Positions 63,124-64,000 of a DNA stretch of 64,000 nt are shown here, one piece after another (position 1 is the stretch's first letter; each line of letters begins with the position of its first letter). Both the position numbers and the translations under genes were made by a program. Below the pieces are notes generated by a model that saw nothing but the letters and a program-made list of their open reading frames with translations, was not told the DNA's origin and ran no database searches. The DNA comes from Callorhinchus milii (lineage: Eukaryota). The stretch lies in NCBI RefSeq assembly GCF_018977255.1, contig NW_024704742.1:54004001-54068000 (forward strand), in the 5' to 3' direction.

Positions 63124-63240
63124 ATGGCGGCGGCGGCTCCGAGGTTCCATCGGCTGCACCTGGTGACAATGGGCGCGGCGCTGCTGCTGCTGCTGCTCGC
63201 GCTGTGCCTGCAGGCGGGGGCCGGGCAGCGGAAGAAGGAG
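63124..63240 (+). CDS. TUSC3: First coding exon (signal peptide) of oligosaccharyltransferase OST3/OST6-family subunit, most likely TUSC3
   Basis: Strong Kozak context agaATGG. 39 codons MAAAAPRFHRLHLVTMGAALLLLLLALCLQAGAGQRKKE, then a phase-0 donor GAG|gtaaat. The end resembles the recalled human TUSC3 LLLLLLLCIQLGGGQKKKE (the paralog MAGT1 has ASAQRKKE). Sits in a CpG island; the divergent SGCZ-like neighbour favours TUSC3. Confidence 0.88.
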
Positions 63241-64000
63241 GTAAATACACCATATGTCAGAGCTCGGCTCTGGGGCAGCACATTTTATTTTTTATTTTTA
63301 TTTTTTTTTTGGGGGGGGGCGGTGGGGCTGAGGGTTTTTTTTTTGTTTGTTCAATGCAACAGTTACCTTCGTATTCGTAGAGAGGCTGTTCTTGGGTCTC
63401 GGGCGGTGCTGATGCTGCTGAGAGGGATGGAGGGTTGGCAGGATGGGGCCCAGCCAGGGGAGCCCAGCTCATCATCATCATCATCATCATCATCATGATG
63501 ATGATAATAATGTTAATAATCCTTGCATTTGATATAGTGCCTTATCGCGTCTTTGCGCTAAGGACAAAGGCAATGAGGGGTCACGTTACTGCCTTCACCT
63601 TTGGCCCTTATGCCTTTTCTTTTTAAAAAAAAAGGTAAAACGCGGGGTTCGCCTGTTCAAGTGGAATTTTGCAACCCACCAGGACTGCAGGGCCACTTTT
63701 GCCAGTTGGTCAACGTGGGGTCAGCGCTGCAAATACGATAATAATCCTCGCACTTGACCTTGTGCCTTATCGCTTTGCGAAGATATCGCAAAGCACTTTC
63801 CAGTGTTTTAATGTAAAGTGCGGTGACCATATTTGTAGATCAACACAGTAGCCAATTTGTGCGCAGCAATGCCCCACAAACAGCTATGAAGTGAGTGTAC
63901 AATTTTTTGGGGGGTGGAGAATGCACCATTCAGTGGAATCATTCCCGAAAAGTGACTGGGGTGGGGGGTGGGGGGGGGGGGGGGGTGCGTGGGTGGGCAT

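Noticed and set aside
62926..63498. 190-aa ORF as a complete gene
   Set aside because: Only 63124-63240 is exon-like; the rest is promoter sequence and intron read-through past the GT donor.

Overview
This is eukaryotic vertebrate DNA, almost entirely non-coding. The repeat repertoire (L2, CR1, tRNA/Deu-domain SINEs, Penelope remnant) points to a cartilaginous fish; that assignment is inference. Two gene starts face away from each other. (i) The first coding exon of an OST3/OST6-family gene, most likely TUSC3, is on + at 63124-63240, with a CpG-rich TATA-less promoter (ZNF143/THAP11-type motif, CCAAT box, GC box). (ii) A probable first exon of SGCZ (zeta-sarcoglycan) is on - and ends at a GTATGT donor at 41395; this matches the head-to-head SGCZ-TUSC3 arrangement known in human. 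Bases 1-41394 are therefore probably SGCZ intron 1. The rest is a mosaic of L2 (one 2.3-kb copy retains RT motifs), CR1 fragments, several SINE subfamilies sharing the L2 3' hairpin, MITEs, an unclassified ~0.6-kb repeat and very large low-complexity arrays around the SGCZ 5' end. The most notable items are: an inverted pair of minimal hammerhead-ribozyme motifs in a Penelope-type remnant; SINE tails whose hairpin loop tracks the young L2; ~60-nt L2-tail-only inserts hitting the same site in two copies of another repeat; an ATG-to-ATA difference in the SGCZ leader; and a candidate recursive splice site. No novel protein-coding system is evident, and most long ORFs in the track are repeat artefacts. 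Boundaries of old repeats are approximate.
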